The notes under the pieces are model-generated. The model searched no databases. It worked only from the letters and a program-made list of their open reading frames with translations, and had not been told where the DNA came from. Both the position numbers and the translations under genes were made by a program. Shown here piece by piece: positions 30,147-40,107 of a DNA stretch of 64,000 nt. How positions within the stretch are numbered: position 1 is the stretch's first letter; each line of letters starts with the position of its first letter. This stretch comes from a virus, in IMG/VR virus record IMGVR_UViG_3300045988_159607, one strand, 5' to 3'.

Positions 30147-31196
30147 ATGAACAGCAAATATTTAGCTATAATTTCAACGGACCATCATCTTACTGCCGAT
30201 AATGCTACTATTATAAAAGATATTCTTTTGGAAGAACTTGACTTGGCAGAAAAGAAAAAGATACAAACCCATATATGGTTGGGTGATGTTTTTGATAATA
30301 GGGTGTCACAAAGAGAAGTATGTCTTTCCACATTGAATGATGTCCTGGAAGAATACGACAAACGCGGACACCATGTGATCTGTATTCCCGGCAACCATGA
30401 CAAAACATCCTACACAAGCAAGAAATCGTTTCTTACTCCTTTTAAATATCATCCGTCTTTTACTTTGGTAGAAGAATTGGACGGAATGCAAGTAGAAGGT
30501 GTGTATTGTTTTTTTCTTCCGTTTTTTACAGATGATATTCTTTTGGATGAACTGGAAGAAATAGGGGATAAAAGAAAGAAGAATATCCTCTTTGGACATT
30601 TTGCGGTCACAGGAAGCAAGAACATGGACGGATCGGAAGTGTCCAACCTTTTAAAACCTTCCATGTTCCAGATGTTCAAAAAAGTGTACTTGGGACACTA
30701 TCACAACTACCAACGGGTAGGAGAGAATATCTATCATTTAGGAAGTGTCCAACAAAACAACTTCGGGGAAGATGAAAAGAAGGGTTTCTGGCTTTTGGAT
30801 TCGGATTTGAATGTAGACCTTGTTTCTTCTACAAAAGGACCTGTATTTAAGAAACTGGAAATTGATTTGGGGGAAACTCCCCACAAACAGGCGGTGTCAC
30901 TTATCAAGAAATTCAAAAAGGAGAACCCTACTGCCCGTGTAAGGGTGGAAGTCTGGGGAGAACAATCTTCACTCGATGCCTTTGATAAGGATGCCTTTAC
31001 AAAAGAAGGCATAGATATTAAGAAAAAGTTCAAGGAAGTGGAAGAAAAACATTCTATGTTGACAGAAGTAAAAACACTTGACAAAAAGGACATAGAAGAA
31101 AGATTTTCCGCTTTTTGTAAGGAAAACGAATATGACGAAAAAGAAGGAAAAGAAATTTTAGACAAGTTGATGTATGGCGAAGAAAAAGGAAACTAA
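30147..31196 (+). CDS. sbcD: SbcD/Mre11-like nuclease
   Basis: Calcineurin-like phosphoesterase motifs: ISTDHH, LGDVFD, IPGNHD, GHFAV, LGHYHN. Start taken at MNSKYLAI. Confidence 0.7.
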   Translation: MNSKYLAIISTDHHLTADNATIIKDILLEELDLAEKKKIQTHIWLGDVFDNRVSQREVCLSTLNDVLEEYDKRGHHVICIPGNHDKTSYTSKKSFLTPFKYHPSFTLVEELDGMQVEGVYCFFLPFFTDDILLDELEEIGDKRKKNILFGHFAVTGSKNMDGSEVSNLLKPSMFQMFKKVYLGHYHNYQRVGENIYHLGSVQQNNFGEDEKKGFWLLDSDLNVDLVSSTKGPVFKKLEIDLGETPHKQAVSLIKKFKKENPTARVRVEVWGEQSSLDAFDKDAFTKEGIDIKKKFKEVEEKHSMLTEVKTLDKKDIEERFSAFCKENEYDEKEGKEILDKLMYGEEKGN

Positions 31197-32262
31197 GAAA
31201 GTGGAAGAAGCAGTAACTGGGGAAGTGCAGCAACCTAAAGAAGAAAAGAAACCGAACCGTCTTGGTGATCTTATAAGCCGGATTGAAAGTAGGTTTGGAA
31301 AGGAAGCCATAGCGGGAAAGAAGCAAGATATAGAGTTCGTACATTCTGGTTCTTTTCTGTTAGACGAGATACTTGGTGGAGGATGGGCGAAAGGACGCAT
31401 AGTGGAGGCTTACGGAGGCTTTTCTTCCGGTAAGACAAGCATAGCTTTCCATCTTGCTACCGAAATCCAAAAACAAGGAATGGCGGTAGGGTATCTTGAT
31501 ACAGAAAATGCAGTTGATTCGAAATACATGGGAGCTATCGGTGTAGACCTTTCTCCTGACAAATTCATTCTTTCTCAACCTTCCACAGCAGAGGAAACAC
31601 TGGAAATAGCAAAGGAAATGTGCAATGAACCTTCTATCGGATTGGTGGTGATTGATTCCATTGCAGGACTTGTCCCGACCGCTCTTTTGAACGGGGAAGC
31701 CGGAGATGCTCACATAGGACTTACAGCAAGGCTTTTAAGCTCACAGGTAAATATCTTGAAAAACATCTGCAAGCAAACAGGGTGCATTCTATTCTGCATC
31801 AATCAGATTAGATCAAACATAGGCGGATATGGCAATGCCACTACTACTCCAGGAGGATTTGCAATACCTTTTTATGCAAGTCAGAGAGTTGAGCTTGCCC
31901 GTGTAGGTTCTGATAAGGAAGGTGAAGTGTCCGTTGCAAACAAAGTGAAGATCACATGCAGGAAAAACAAAGTTGCTCCACCTATGAAAACTTGTAATAT
32001 TGTTATCCGTTTTGGTGTAGGTATTGACAAGGTGATGGAAATGCTTAACATGGGATTGGACTTGGGTGTGCTCACAAAGAAAGGAACGTACATCTATTAT
32101 GGGGAAGAAAAGATAGGATTCGGATTCCCTGCTGCAAGAAAAAAGCTGATCAAAGAAATGGAACTTTTTGACAAGATCAAAAAAGATGTTCTTTCAGAGT
32201 TCAGAAAGAAAGAAGTAACATTTGAAAACAAGGGGGTGGAAGATGAAACCGGTCAAGATTGA
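31174..32262 (+). CDS. recA: RecA recombinase
   Basis: SGSFLLDEILGGGWAKGRIVEAYGGFSSGKTS (Walker A), LVVIDSIAGL (Walker B), FCINQIR. Confidence 0.85.
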   Translation: MAKKKETKKVEEAVTGEVQQPKEEKKPNRLGDLISRIESRFGKEAIAGKKQDIEFVHSGSFLLDEILGGGWAKGRIVEAYGGFSSGKTSIAFHLATEIQKQGMAVGYLDTENAVDSKYMGAIGVDLSPDKFILSQPSTAEETLEIAKEMCNEPSIGLVVIDSIAGLVPTALLNGEAGDAHIGLTARLLSSQVNILKNICKQTGCILFCINQIRSNIGGYGNATTTPGGFAIPFYASQRVELARVGSDKEGEVSVANKVKITCRKNKVAPPMKTCNIVIRFGVGIDKVMEMLNMGLDLGVLTKKGTYIYYGEEKIGFGFPAARKKLIKEMELFDKIKKDVLSEFRKKEVTFENKGVEDETGQD

Positions 32263-34654
32263 AGCAACAAATTTTGTGTCATTCGAGCATTTTGAATACA
32301 CATTCCAAGATGGGGTAACTGCACTTGTGGGATTGAATAAAACAGACGACAATCAAGGTAGTAACGGTAGTGGTAAAGCGTTGACGATGGATTCCGATAT
32401 TCTTACCCCTAATGGGTTTGTAAAAATGAGGAATATCAAAGTAGGAGACATTATCCTTCATCCTTCCGGTGCTTATCAAGTAGTAAGGGCAATTCCGTTC
32501 CATGATACAGATATTGCATACAAGATTACTTTTTCTGACGGTACGGAAGTAAAATGCAATAAAGAGCATTTATGGAAAGTGAGAACAAACCAAAGCGAAG
32601 AATGGTCTGTAATTTCGCTTGGCAAGATCATGGAAAGAAGCAAAGATGAAGAAGTGTTTTTTGAAGTTCCCGGTTGCTTTGGCAGACCGTCTAAAAAAAT
32701 GGTTTCTTTTACCTGTATGGGTGCGGAAGAGCAACAATGTATTACCGTTTCGGGAGAGGACGGAATGTTTATCACGAACAACTACACGCCTACTCACAAT
32801 TCTTCCATGCAACAGGCAGTTTATTTTGCCATAACAGGTAACAACTACCGGAGCAGTATTGACAAGAAACTGATTAGAAACGGTGAGAAGGAAGCAAAAG
32901 TATTACTTGATATAGAATGTCCCATAAGGAAAGAAACTCTCCATATTGAGCGCATTTTGCCCTTAAAAGGAAGTAGCCGCCTTAATGTGTCGTTGAATGG
33001 AGAACAGGTCAGTCTTGCTACTGTAAAAGACGGCAACAATTATATCCTTTCATGGATGGGTATCTCACCGGAAGATTTGAAAAGCTATTTTCTTATCTGT
33101 AAAGAATATTACAAGTCGTTCTTTAAAAGTTCCAATACGGACAAATTGGCTCTCATAAGTCGTTTTATCAATTATGACTTCTTGGACGGTAGCAAGGATA
33201 TTATACAAAAGGAACTGGACGAAATTTCATCTAAAAAGTCAGCTATCCAAAGCAAAAGAGATCGTGCGGAAGGGAGTGTAGAAGCATTGCGGCAAATGAT
33301 AGAGGATGCCGTTAATTTCGACTTCGAAGCGGATCGAAAGGAAAGGATCGAAAGGGTGGAAAGTAAAATCAAGTCTTTAAAAGAAGATATTGATTCTGCT
33401 AAATACAATATTGACTACAACAAGAAAAATATTGACAAAGGAAAGAAAACACTTGAAGTCTTGGAAGAAGAACTTCGAGAAGCCGAAGAAAAGAAAAAGA
33501 AACTTCCTTCTACTAAGGAAATAGAAGATGTGATTGAATCCGTCAAAAAAGAACTTGGAAAAGCCAAAGAAGATCAGAATGAGATTTTGGAAACAAAAGA
33601 AGAGCTTTTGAAAATCCATGACGAACTGAAAGTGTCTCTTCGGAAAGTTCTTGTAAACCTTTCTGGGACGATTACATGCCCGAAATGCAAGCACAAATTC
33701 CTCACATTACAGGATACCACACTTGAAAAGGAAGAAAAGAAAAAGGAGAAAATAGGGAAACAGGAAAAGGAAGTTGTCGGAGAGATAACATCTTTGGATG
33801 AATCCCTAAAGGAATACGAAGACCTTATTTCTTCTTTCATTCAAGTGAAAAACGAACAGGAGGATGAACTTGACAAAATCCGGGAAGCAGGAAAAGAAAT
33901 TTCATCTGCTGTCTATAAGATCACAAGCGAAATAGAATCTCAAAAGTCCAATATTTCCATTCTTGAAAAGAGAAATGAAGGACTTTTGGAGAGCATAGCT
34001 TCCTATAAAGAGGATGTAAAACGTTTGGAAAAGCAGATAAAGGAAATCGAGAAGGAAGTACCTTCTTCTATTGATACATCCTCACAGGAAAAGCAGATAA
34101 AGGAAATGACGGCCACTATTGCAGGATATGACAAGGAAATGTCGGAATTGGAAAACGAAATGTTCCGTAAGAAGGAATGGATAGGAAGATTCAAATCATT
34201 CAAGATGTATCTTGCGATAGAACAGTTAAAGAATATCCAGCTTCGGGCAAACAATATTCTGAAAGCAGAAAACAGCGATCTTAGAATTGTCATAGAAGGA
34301 TTTAAGACGAAAGCAGACGGAGACATAAAAGAAGAGATAACGCCTTATGTTGTTAGGGACGAGGCGGAAAACTTCTGGTATTACAGTGGCGGAGAGCGTG
34401 CAAGGGTGGAAATCGCTTTGATTATAGCCATACAAGGAATGATAAACGAGACGAACAAATGGGGAGGATTGCAATTCCTATCCATTGATGAAATCACAGA
34501 AGGACTATCGAAAGAAAGCCTATATGACGTGATAGAAGCATTGGAGTTCATTCAGTTTCCTATACTTGTTACAACTCATATTTCGAATGAAAACGCTTCA
34601 TGCAAAACACTTAAAATAATTAAGGAGAATGGTATAAGCCGTATAGAGAAATGA
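32243..34654 (+). CDS. sbcC: SbcC/Rad50-like ATPase, interrupted by a mini-intein
   Basis: N-terminal MKPVKIEATNFVSF...GSNGSGK|...|SS. Long coiled coil with a CPKCKHKF zinc hook. Signature YSGGERARV. Walker B LSIDEITEGL. Start taken at the ATG at 32243. Confidence 0.75.
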   Translation: MKPVKIEATNFVSFEHFEYTFQDGVTALVGLNKTDDNQGSNGSGKALTMDSDILTPNGFVKMRNIKVGDIILHPSGAYQVVRAIPFHDTDIAYKITFSDGTEVKCNKEHLWKVRTNQSEEWSVISLGKIMERSKDEEVFFEVPGCFGRPSKKMVSFTCMGAEEQQCITVSGEDGMFITNNYTPTHNSSMQQAVYFAITGNNYRSSIDKKLIRNGEKEAKVLLDIECPIRKETLHIERILPLKGSSRLNVSLNGEQVSLATVKDGNNYILSWMGISPEDLKSYFLICKEYYKSFFKSSNTDKLALISRFINYDFLDGSKDIIQKELDEISSKKSAIQSKRDRAEGSVEALRQMIEDAVNFDFEADRKERIERVESKIKSLKEDIDSAKYNIDYNKKNIDKGKKTLEVLEEELREAEEKKKKLPSTKEIEDVIESVKKELGKAKEDQNEILETKEELLKIHDELKVSLRKVLVNLSGTITCPKCKHKFLTLQDTTLEKEEKKKEKIGKQEKEVVGEITSLDESLKEYEDLISSFIQVKNEQEDELDKIREAGKEISSAVYKITSEIESQKSNISILEKRNEGLLESIASYKEDVKRLEKQIKEIEKEVPSSIDTSSQEKQIKEMTATIAGYDKEMSELENEMFRKKEWIGRFKSFKMYLAIEQLKNIQLRANNILKAENSDLRIVIEGFKTKADGDIKEEITPYVVRDEAENFWYYSGGERARVEIALIIAIQGMINETNKWGGLQFLSIDEITEGLSKESLYDVIEALEFIQFPILVTTHISNENASCKTLKIIKENGISRIEK
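32378..32800 (+). mobile_element. mini-intein (141 aa), class 3-like (Ala1; Trp B:12, Cys F:4, Thr G:5), in the SbcC P-loop
   Basis: Starts ALTMDSDILTPNGF. Block B GTEVKCNKEHLW. Block F QQCITV. Ends NYTPTHN followed by +1 Ser. Removing it restores GSNGSGKSS. Confidence 0.7.
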
Positions 34655-35163
34655 GCAAAGAAACAGAATTGAAATTTTACATAGGGATAGATAACGGTGT
34701 GACCGGTTCTATAGGCATAGTAGGGAAAGAACTGACCTATTATGAGTTCATGGAAACGCCTGTCACATTCGGGCAGGATTACACAAAAGCAAAGAAGAAT
34801 GTGTCAAGGGTGAACGTGACAGCACTTGCCGAAATAATTTCTTCGTTGAAAGAATACGGACTATGCGTGGCCGTCTTGGAACGTCCTATGAAAAATCCGG
34901 CAAGGTTTGACGCCACATGTTCTGCCATGCGGGCTTTGGAAGCAGAACTTACCGTATTGGAACTTTATGATGTTCCTTATATGTTCATAGATTCCAAAGA
35001 GTGGCAAAAAGAAATGCTACCTAAAGGGATTGCAGGAACTAAAGAATTGAAAAAGGCGTCTCTTGATATAGGCAAAAGGTTGTTTCCTGATGTTAAGGAT
35101 AAACACCCCGATAGAGATGGAATTTTGATAGCGGAATACGCAAGAAGGAAATGTATTCTCTAA
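34651..35163 (+). CDS. RuvC-like Holliday-junction resolvase (putative)
   Basis: YIGIDNGVTGSIGIV (first acidic motif), VLERPM, HPDRDGILIAEYA. Lies next to recA and sbcCD. Confidence 0.45.
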   Translation: MSKETELKFYIGIDNGVTGSIGIVGKELTYYEFMETPVTFGQDYTKAKKNVSRVNVTALAEIISSLKEYGLCVAVLERPMKNPARFDATCSAMRALEAELTVLELYDVPYMFIDSKEWQKEMLPKGIAGTKELKKASLDIGKRLFPDVKDKHPDRDGILIAEYARRKCIL

Positions 35164-35190
35164 ACAATTGGCAGAAGGAAAGTGAGAAAA

Positions 35191-35235
35191 TGTAAGAATA
35201 TATTTTGACATGTAAGAATAAACTATTACATTTGC
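35191..35235 (+). promoter_or_regulatory. tandem TGTAAGAATA operator-like sites overlapping a TACATTTG -7 box
   Basis: TGTAAGAATA at 35191 and 35211, then TATTACATTTG with the box at 35227-35234. The same composite occurs at 54509 and 55853 on the other strand. Confidence 0.55.
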
Positions 35236-35270
35236 CACATCAAAAAGTAACAAACAAAAACTATAAGACA

Positions 35271-35468
35271 ATGGCTAATCAGAAGTATTTTAACATTTTT
35301 GTACTTTCTTTCCTTGATAGGATTGAAGGGATTGAACACGATTTGAGCTACTTGAAAAAGAGTGCAAAAGACATTAATAGCATTGAATCAGTGGAAGAAG
35401 CACTTCATATTTTGAAAGATAAAATAAAACAATTGCAATATGATAATAATTTTTTGCGAGAACGATAA
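35271..35468 (+). CDS. hypothetical protein
   Basis: The track ORF 35205..35468 runs through the promoter. The ATG at 35271 (MANQKYF...) is downstream of it. Confidence 0.45.
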   Translation: MANQKYFNIFVLSFLDRIEGIEHDLSYLKKSAKDINSIESVEEALHILKDKIKQLQYDNNFLRER

Positions 35469-35772
35469 TTGCTCCCGAAAAGGAGTAAGGTCACCAATTG
35501 CGAATCCTAAGTATGTGTTTCGTGACGGGAAACTTATTCCTATGAACATTCCAGTTTGTCCTGAATGCGGAAAACAAATGTTTTATGAGGAAGAAAAGAG
35601 CACAGAAATGCCTAATCTTTCAATAGGCGAGTTTAAAATGATGCCTGATTCTGACAAGAAAAAGGTGTTGAAGGAAAGGTCTAAGGCACTTTCTAAAAAG
35701 GACAACAGCGAAGACAAGATACGTCACTACAAGGAAAAAGCAATCAGAAACATGTTGAACGTAAAGATATAA
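35440..35772 (+). CDS. zinc-ribbon protein
   Basis: C..NDNC ... CPECGK. Confidence 0.45.
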   Translation: MIIIFCENDNCSRKGVRSPIANPKYVFRDGKLIPMNIPVCPECGKQMFYEEEKSTEMPNLSIGEFKMMPDSDKKKVLKERSKALSKKDNSEDKIRHYKEKAIRNMLNVKI

Positions 35773-35778
35773 GGAAAG

Positions 35779-36099
35779 ATGGAAAATCTATTGTATAAAA
35801 ACGTAAAGTACATTCATAGGGTAATGAAAAGGAATACTCTTGTGATAATCAATACAAAGGGAGAAATAGAAAGATGTTTATCTCTTACAAATTTTAAAGG
35901 GAAATCAAGAGACTTTTTTATGAATGAAGCAGAAGGATATGATGTTACCAGTACAGTAAACAAAACAAATCTTTCCTCCTATTCGGAAGCTACCGTAGAA
36001 AAGTTTGTAGAAGAAAGCGATCATATATCTATAGCCTTCGGGCATGACAATTTTATTCTATTTAGAAATGTATTGAAACCTCATGAACGCAGCGAATGA
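35779..36099 (+). CDS. hypothetical protein
   Basis: 106-aa ORF. Confidence 0.45.
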   Translation: MENLLYKNVKYIHRVMKRNTLVIINTKGEIERCLSLTNFKGKSRDFFMNEAEGYDVTSTVNKTNLSSYSEATVEKFVEESDHISIAFGHDNFILFRNVLKPHERSE

Positions 36100-36295
36100 T
36101 TGTATGCTTGACAAAGCAGTGGGAAAGATGCTTGTTCTTCCTACCGGTGAAGAAGTTGAAGTGAGGTCTGTCAATGTTGGACGGGATTACCGAAGTATAG
36201 AGATAGGTATTCTGAAAAACGGGAAACAGAAGACTATTAGAATGGGGATTACAGGATTTTTAAAAACAGCAATTTTAAAAGAGAAAGAGAAATGA
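36083..36295 (+). CDS. hypothetical protein
   Basis: 70-aa ORF overlapping both neighbours by a few nt. Confidence 0.4.
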   Translation: MNAANDCMLDKAVGKMLVLPTGEEVEVRSVNVGRDYRSIEIGILKNGKQKTIRMGITGFLKTAILKEKEK

Positions 36296-36774
36296 AAAAG
36301 AACGTGTTATTGGTTGCTTGTCTTTCTGTCTGTCTTTCTATAGGGTTGGGAGGCTGCAAAACCCGTGTTTCCTCAAAAACGGATTATACCTTTACCCTAA
36401 AGGATTCTTTAGTTTGGGAAAGGGAGATGGCGGATAGCCTTGTAAAAGTTCCCTACTCTATCGTCAATATGGTAGTCAACCCTTCGAAAATGGAAGATGG
36501 GGAGAAGAAAGAAACAAGCAAAGGGCAAGCCAACCTTTCCATAGAAAAGAAAGGAGACACCATTTTCATAGAAGCATCTTGCGATAGCCTTGAACTGGTA
36601 GTAAAAAGCCTTAGAGAAAGGTTGTCAAAAGTATCGCATGAAAACGGAACATTGAAAGAACAAGTGAAAGCTGTTCCTAATAAGACGCTTTATCTTTTGG
36701 GAGGGATCGCGATAGGAGCTTTCACTATTCTTATAGCACTATTTATATTACTCAAAACAACTAAAAACATTTAA
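36292..36774 (+). CDS. lipoprotein with C-terminal TM helix
   Basis: Signal peptide plus lipobox LLVACLSVCLSIGLGGC. C-terminal LYLLGGIAIGAFTILIALFILL. Confidence 0.55.
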   Translation: MKKNVLLVACLSVCLSIGLGGCKTRVSSKTDYTFTLKDSLVWEREMADSLVKVPYSIVNMVVNPSKMEDGEKKETSKGQANLSIEKKGDTIFIEASCDSLELVVKSLRERLSKVSHENGTLKEQVKAVPNKTLYLLGGIAIGAFTILIALFILLKTTKNI

Positions 36775-36778
36775 GAAT

Positions 36779-37336
36779 ATGGCGAAATTAACAAAAGTAG
36801 ACAAAGATATAATAATAAAACATTTTGCTGGGAAGGCAGATACTTTATTGCAAGACCAATTAATCAAAATCGGAGAAGCCTTACAGAAAGCAATAGATAT
36901 GATGCTGCCCGACTTAATGAAAGATTTTCTCAATTGTTATCCTACAACAATAGCTCGTTTATGTGTTAGACAAATTGCTGCGGTTACATTTCTGGCTCCA
37001 GAAGAAGATTCTTTTATTTTTAGGTATCAATCTATTCCGCTAAAAGGAACGGGAATCCCATTCTTGTTTGAAAAGGATTATATCAAAATACTTAGAGCTA
37101 AATTCGAGCAAGAAATAGTGGTTTGGCGAGAAGAAGTGATTCGTCTTGTAAAATTGGTAGGTGAAACTAAAAACCGTACAGCATGCGCGTTAGAAAACAT
37201 CAATACAGAAAAACAGCTAAAAGATAATTTCCCAGAAGCATACAAAATATTAATGCAAGGAAAGGACAGCGTTACAACAGAGAATAAATGCGATACAATA
37301 GAGAATACAAGAGCTTTCTTATCAAGCATCAAATAA
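36779..37336 (+). CDS. hypothetical protein
   Basis: 185-aa ORF. Confidence 0.5.
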   Translation: MAKLTKVDKDIIIKHFAGKADTLLQDQLIKIGEALQKAIDMMLPDLMKDFLNCYPTTIARLCVRQIAAVTFLAPEEDSFIFRYQSIPLKGTGIPFLFEKDYIKILRAKFEQEIVVWREEVIRLVKLVGETKNRTACALENINTEKQLKDNFPEAYKILMQGKDSVTTENKCDTIENTRAFLSSIK

Positions 37337-37345
37337 AAGAGGAAT

Positions 37346-39274
37346 ATGATAAAGCATCAAAAAGAACTGGAAGAAAAATTTGTAGAAGCCAATCGGCTTT
37401 ACAGAGAAGGAAACCCTGTCATGACTGACAAGGAATATGACAGGATGAAGGAAGAATTGGAAAGACATTTTCCAGACAGCGATATTCTAAAAAAGGCTAT
37501 CGTTGAAGAAAGCGTAAAAGGGGATCGTATGGAGAAACTTCCTTTTCCTATGTTTTCTTTGGAAAAGGTCAAGACGGTGGACGAAATTGTAAGATGGATA
37601 AAGGACGTATGGGAATTGTCATCCAATGACCGTATTGTGATTACCCCTAAATATGATGGTATTTCTTTGCTGGTTGATGAAACAACAAATGATTGCTGGA
37701 CAAGGGGAGATGGCACGGAAGGACAGAATAGCCGGGACCATTACCGTTATGTAAATCATGGAAACCCTATGAACAAAAAGGGGTGTTTTACTTTTGGAGA
37801 AGCGATTGTCCCTATCGGCATGTTCTTGAAAAACGTAAAACCTCTTGGGTATAAGAGTGCAAGAAACGCTGTTGCCGGTGCATTCAATGCAGATGATTTC
37901 AACGCACAGGTTCTTGGCAATACTGCCTATATAAGATATGGCATTATGGATTCCGACAGGGATAAGTCTATGCAGCTTGCAGAGCTTTACAATGACTACG
38001 ATCCTTATGCTACGCAGTATTGGGTGACTTCTGCCGGCGTGTTCGATGATAATAAAACAGCCCTCACCTATCTAAACGATTTGTTTGAATCAATCAAGAA
38101 TTTTAAATGTGATGGACTTGTAATCGAAGTTGATAACAAAACAAAACGAGAAGAATTGGGACGGTTGCCTAATGGGAATCCGCGTTACGCTATTGCTTAT
38201 AAGAATCCTGATTGGCAAGAACGATACACGACAAAAGTTCAAAAAATCGAATGGAGCGTTTCAAAAGACGGTAAAGCGAAACCTGTAATCGTATTCGATC
38301 CGGTGAAATTTGACGGAGCGACTGTTTCACGATGCACCGGATATAACGCTAAATATATTACGGACAATCATATTTCACCAAATGCTTATATTGTCGTATC
38401 AAGAAGCGGAGATGTTATCCCTAAACATTTGGAAACGGTCAGTTACAGTGTGGAACTTTTTCGTGAAATGTGCGATGGTATGATGATTTGTCCTTCTTGC
38501 GGAAATCCGTTAAAATGGGACGAAACGCTTACAGATATTGTTTGCATCAATCCTGATTGCAAAGAAAAGAAAATAAAACAGATCGCTTATTTCTTTGCAA
38601 CGCTTGAAACGGAAGAAATGCAAGAAGCCACTATCAGAAAATTCTATGAAGGAGGACTTGATAGTGTAGAGAAGATTGTGAATGCAAGCGAAAAGGAATT
38701 GTCTCAAATTGGAGGAATAGGAGCGAAATTGTCCAAAAAGTTACGAGGTCAATTCGATAAATATGCGGACAATGGAGTTTCCTTTGCAAAAATCCTTACT
38801 GCCTATAATGTGTTCGGTGGTGTGATAGGAGAAAAGACTTGTCAGATGATTTTTGATTCTTTGTCGGACGAAGATGTAAAAGTCTTGTTTAATGACGGTA
38901 CATTACCCAACAAAACACTTCTTTCTATTGATGGAGTTGCTGAAACTACTGCCACTTCTTTTAATAATGGACTTGCAGTTTTCTTTAATATCATTGAAGA
39001 TTCACCGTTCCCTATCTCTTATGTAAAGAACAATGTTGTTCTTGCAGACAATCCCGAATCTGTATGTTTTACAGGATTCAGAAATAAAGAATGGGAAGAA
39101 AGATTATCCAAAGAAGGGCACAAGGTCGTTTCAGGAGTATCAAAGAACACGACCATCCTTGTAACAAAAGACAAAGAAAGTTCTTCTTCAAAAGTGAAGA
39201 AAGCAAAAGAGCTTTCCATTCCTATTTTGACACCGGAAGAGTTTGAAACAAAGATGAGATGGAAAGAGAAGTAG
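37346..39274 (+). CDS. ligA: NAD-dependent DNA ligase
   Basis: Adenylation KYDGISL, CDGLVIEV, Zn finger CPSCGNPL...CINPDC, HhH region, and a C-terminal BRCT (VCFTGFRNKEWE...TTILV). Confidence 0.85.
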   Translation: MIKHQKELEEKFVEANRLYREGNPVMTDKEYDRMKEELERHFPDSDILKKAIVEESVKGDRMEKLPFPMFSLEKVKTVDEIVRWIKDVWELSSNDRIVITPKYDGISLLVDETTNDCWTRGDGTEGQNSRDHYRYVNHGNPMNKKGCFTFGEAIVPIGMFLKNVKPLGYKSARNAVAGAFNADDFNAQVLGNTAYIRYGIMDSDRDKSMQLAELYNDYDPYATQYWVTSAGVFDDNKTALTYLNDLFESIKNFKCDGLVIEVDNKTKREELGRLPNGNPRYAIAYKNPDWQERYTTKVQKIEWSVSKDGKAKPVIVFDPVKFDGATVSRCTGYNAKYITDNHISPNAYIVVSRSGDVIPKHLETVSYSVELFREMCDGMMICPSCGNPLKWDETLTDIVCINPDCKEKKIKQIAYFFATLETEEMQEATIRKFYEGGLDSVEKIVNASEKELSQIGGIGAKLSKKLRGQFDKYADNGVSFAKILTAYNVFGGVIGEKTCQMIFDSLSDEDVKVLFNDGTLPNKTLLSIDGVAETTATSFNNGLAVFFNIIEDSPFPISYVKNNVVLADNPESVCFTGFRNKEWEERLSKEGHKVVSGVSKNTTILVTKDKESSSSKVKKAKELSIPILTPEEFETKMRWKEK

Positions 39275-39362
39275 AAGATTGGATTGGTGACTTTGAAGAT
39301 GAAGAAGTCTATGATCCTAACGATGATGATCAGTTTGAATAGATAACTTGACACATTGCTTT

Positions 39363-39614
39363 ATGAGTAAGATTTACAAGGAGATAGCCTTCAACTTCAC
39401 AAAAGCATTGAATAAATTGGAGCTAAGGACAAGTGCCAGAAGTTTCATCTCCATGCGTAAAGCGGAGAAGGTTATTTCCCTACTTTTTGAGGTCATATTC
39501 GACAAATTGGAAAGAGACGGAAAAGTAAACATAAGAGGATTTTGCATTATCAAGAAAATCAAATGTAGAGACGGAAAGTATTATTTTGAATTTATAGACA
39601 ACAGAAAGAAATGA
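39363..39614 (+). CDS. HU/IHF-like DNA-binding protein (putative)
   Basis: KAEKVISLLFEVIFDKLERDGKVNIRGFCIIKK fits the a..v...f..i...l..g..v.l.gFG.f pattern. Confidence 0.45.
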   Translation: MSKIYKEIAFNFTKALNKLELRTSARSFISMRKAEKVISLLFEVIFDKLERDGKVNIRGFCIIKKIKCRDGKYYFEFIDNRKK

Positions 39615-40105
39615 ATACAAACTTTGAAACAAAATTTGGAGGCGGTAAGGTGGCAACAGTAGAATGGTACACACCTCCTTATATTATTGAAGCATTGGGA
39701 AATGATTTTGATTTAGATCCTGCTGCTCCTAAAAGAGAATGGTACACTGCAAGAAAGTGTTTTACTAAAGAAGACGATGGATTAGCCCAAGATTGGAAAG
39801 GTTTTGTATTTTTAAATCCGCCCTATTCCAATCCTACGATTAAACTTTTCATGAAAAAGTTGTCTGAATATGGGAATGGTATAGCTCTTGTTTATGCAAG
39901 AGTAGGAAATTCAATGTTTCATGAATGTGTTTGGGATAAAGCTACTTCTATTTATTTTCTTAGGAAAAGAATAAGGTTTATTGATGAAACAGGAAAAGAA
40001 GGTGGATCTCCTGGCACAGATAGTTGCTTTGTGGCTTATGGAGAAAAGGGAGATGAAATTCTAAAGAATCTAAAGCTACCAGGCAAATACATAAAACTCA
40101 ACTGA
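39611..40105 (+). CDS. dam: phage-type DNA N6-adenine methyltransferase
   Basis: VEWYTPPYIIEALGNDFDLDPAA ... FLNPPYS (catalytic NPPY). Confidence 0.7.
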   Translation: MNTNFETKFGGGKVATVEWYTPPYIIEALGNDFDLDPAAPKREWYTARKCFTKEDDGLAQDWKGFVFLNPPYSNPTIKLFMKKLSEYGNGIALVYARVGNSMFHECVWDKATSIYFLRKRIRFIDETGKEGGSPGTDSCFVAYGEKGDEILKNLKLPGKYIKLN

Positions 40106-40107
40106 TT

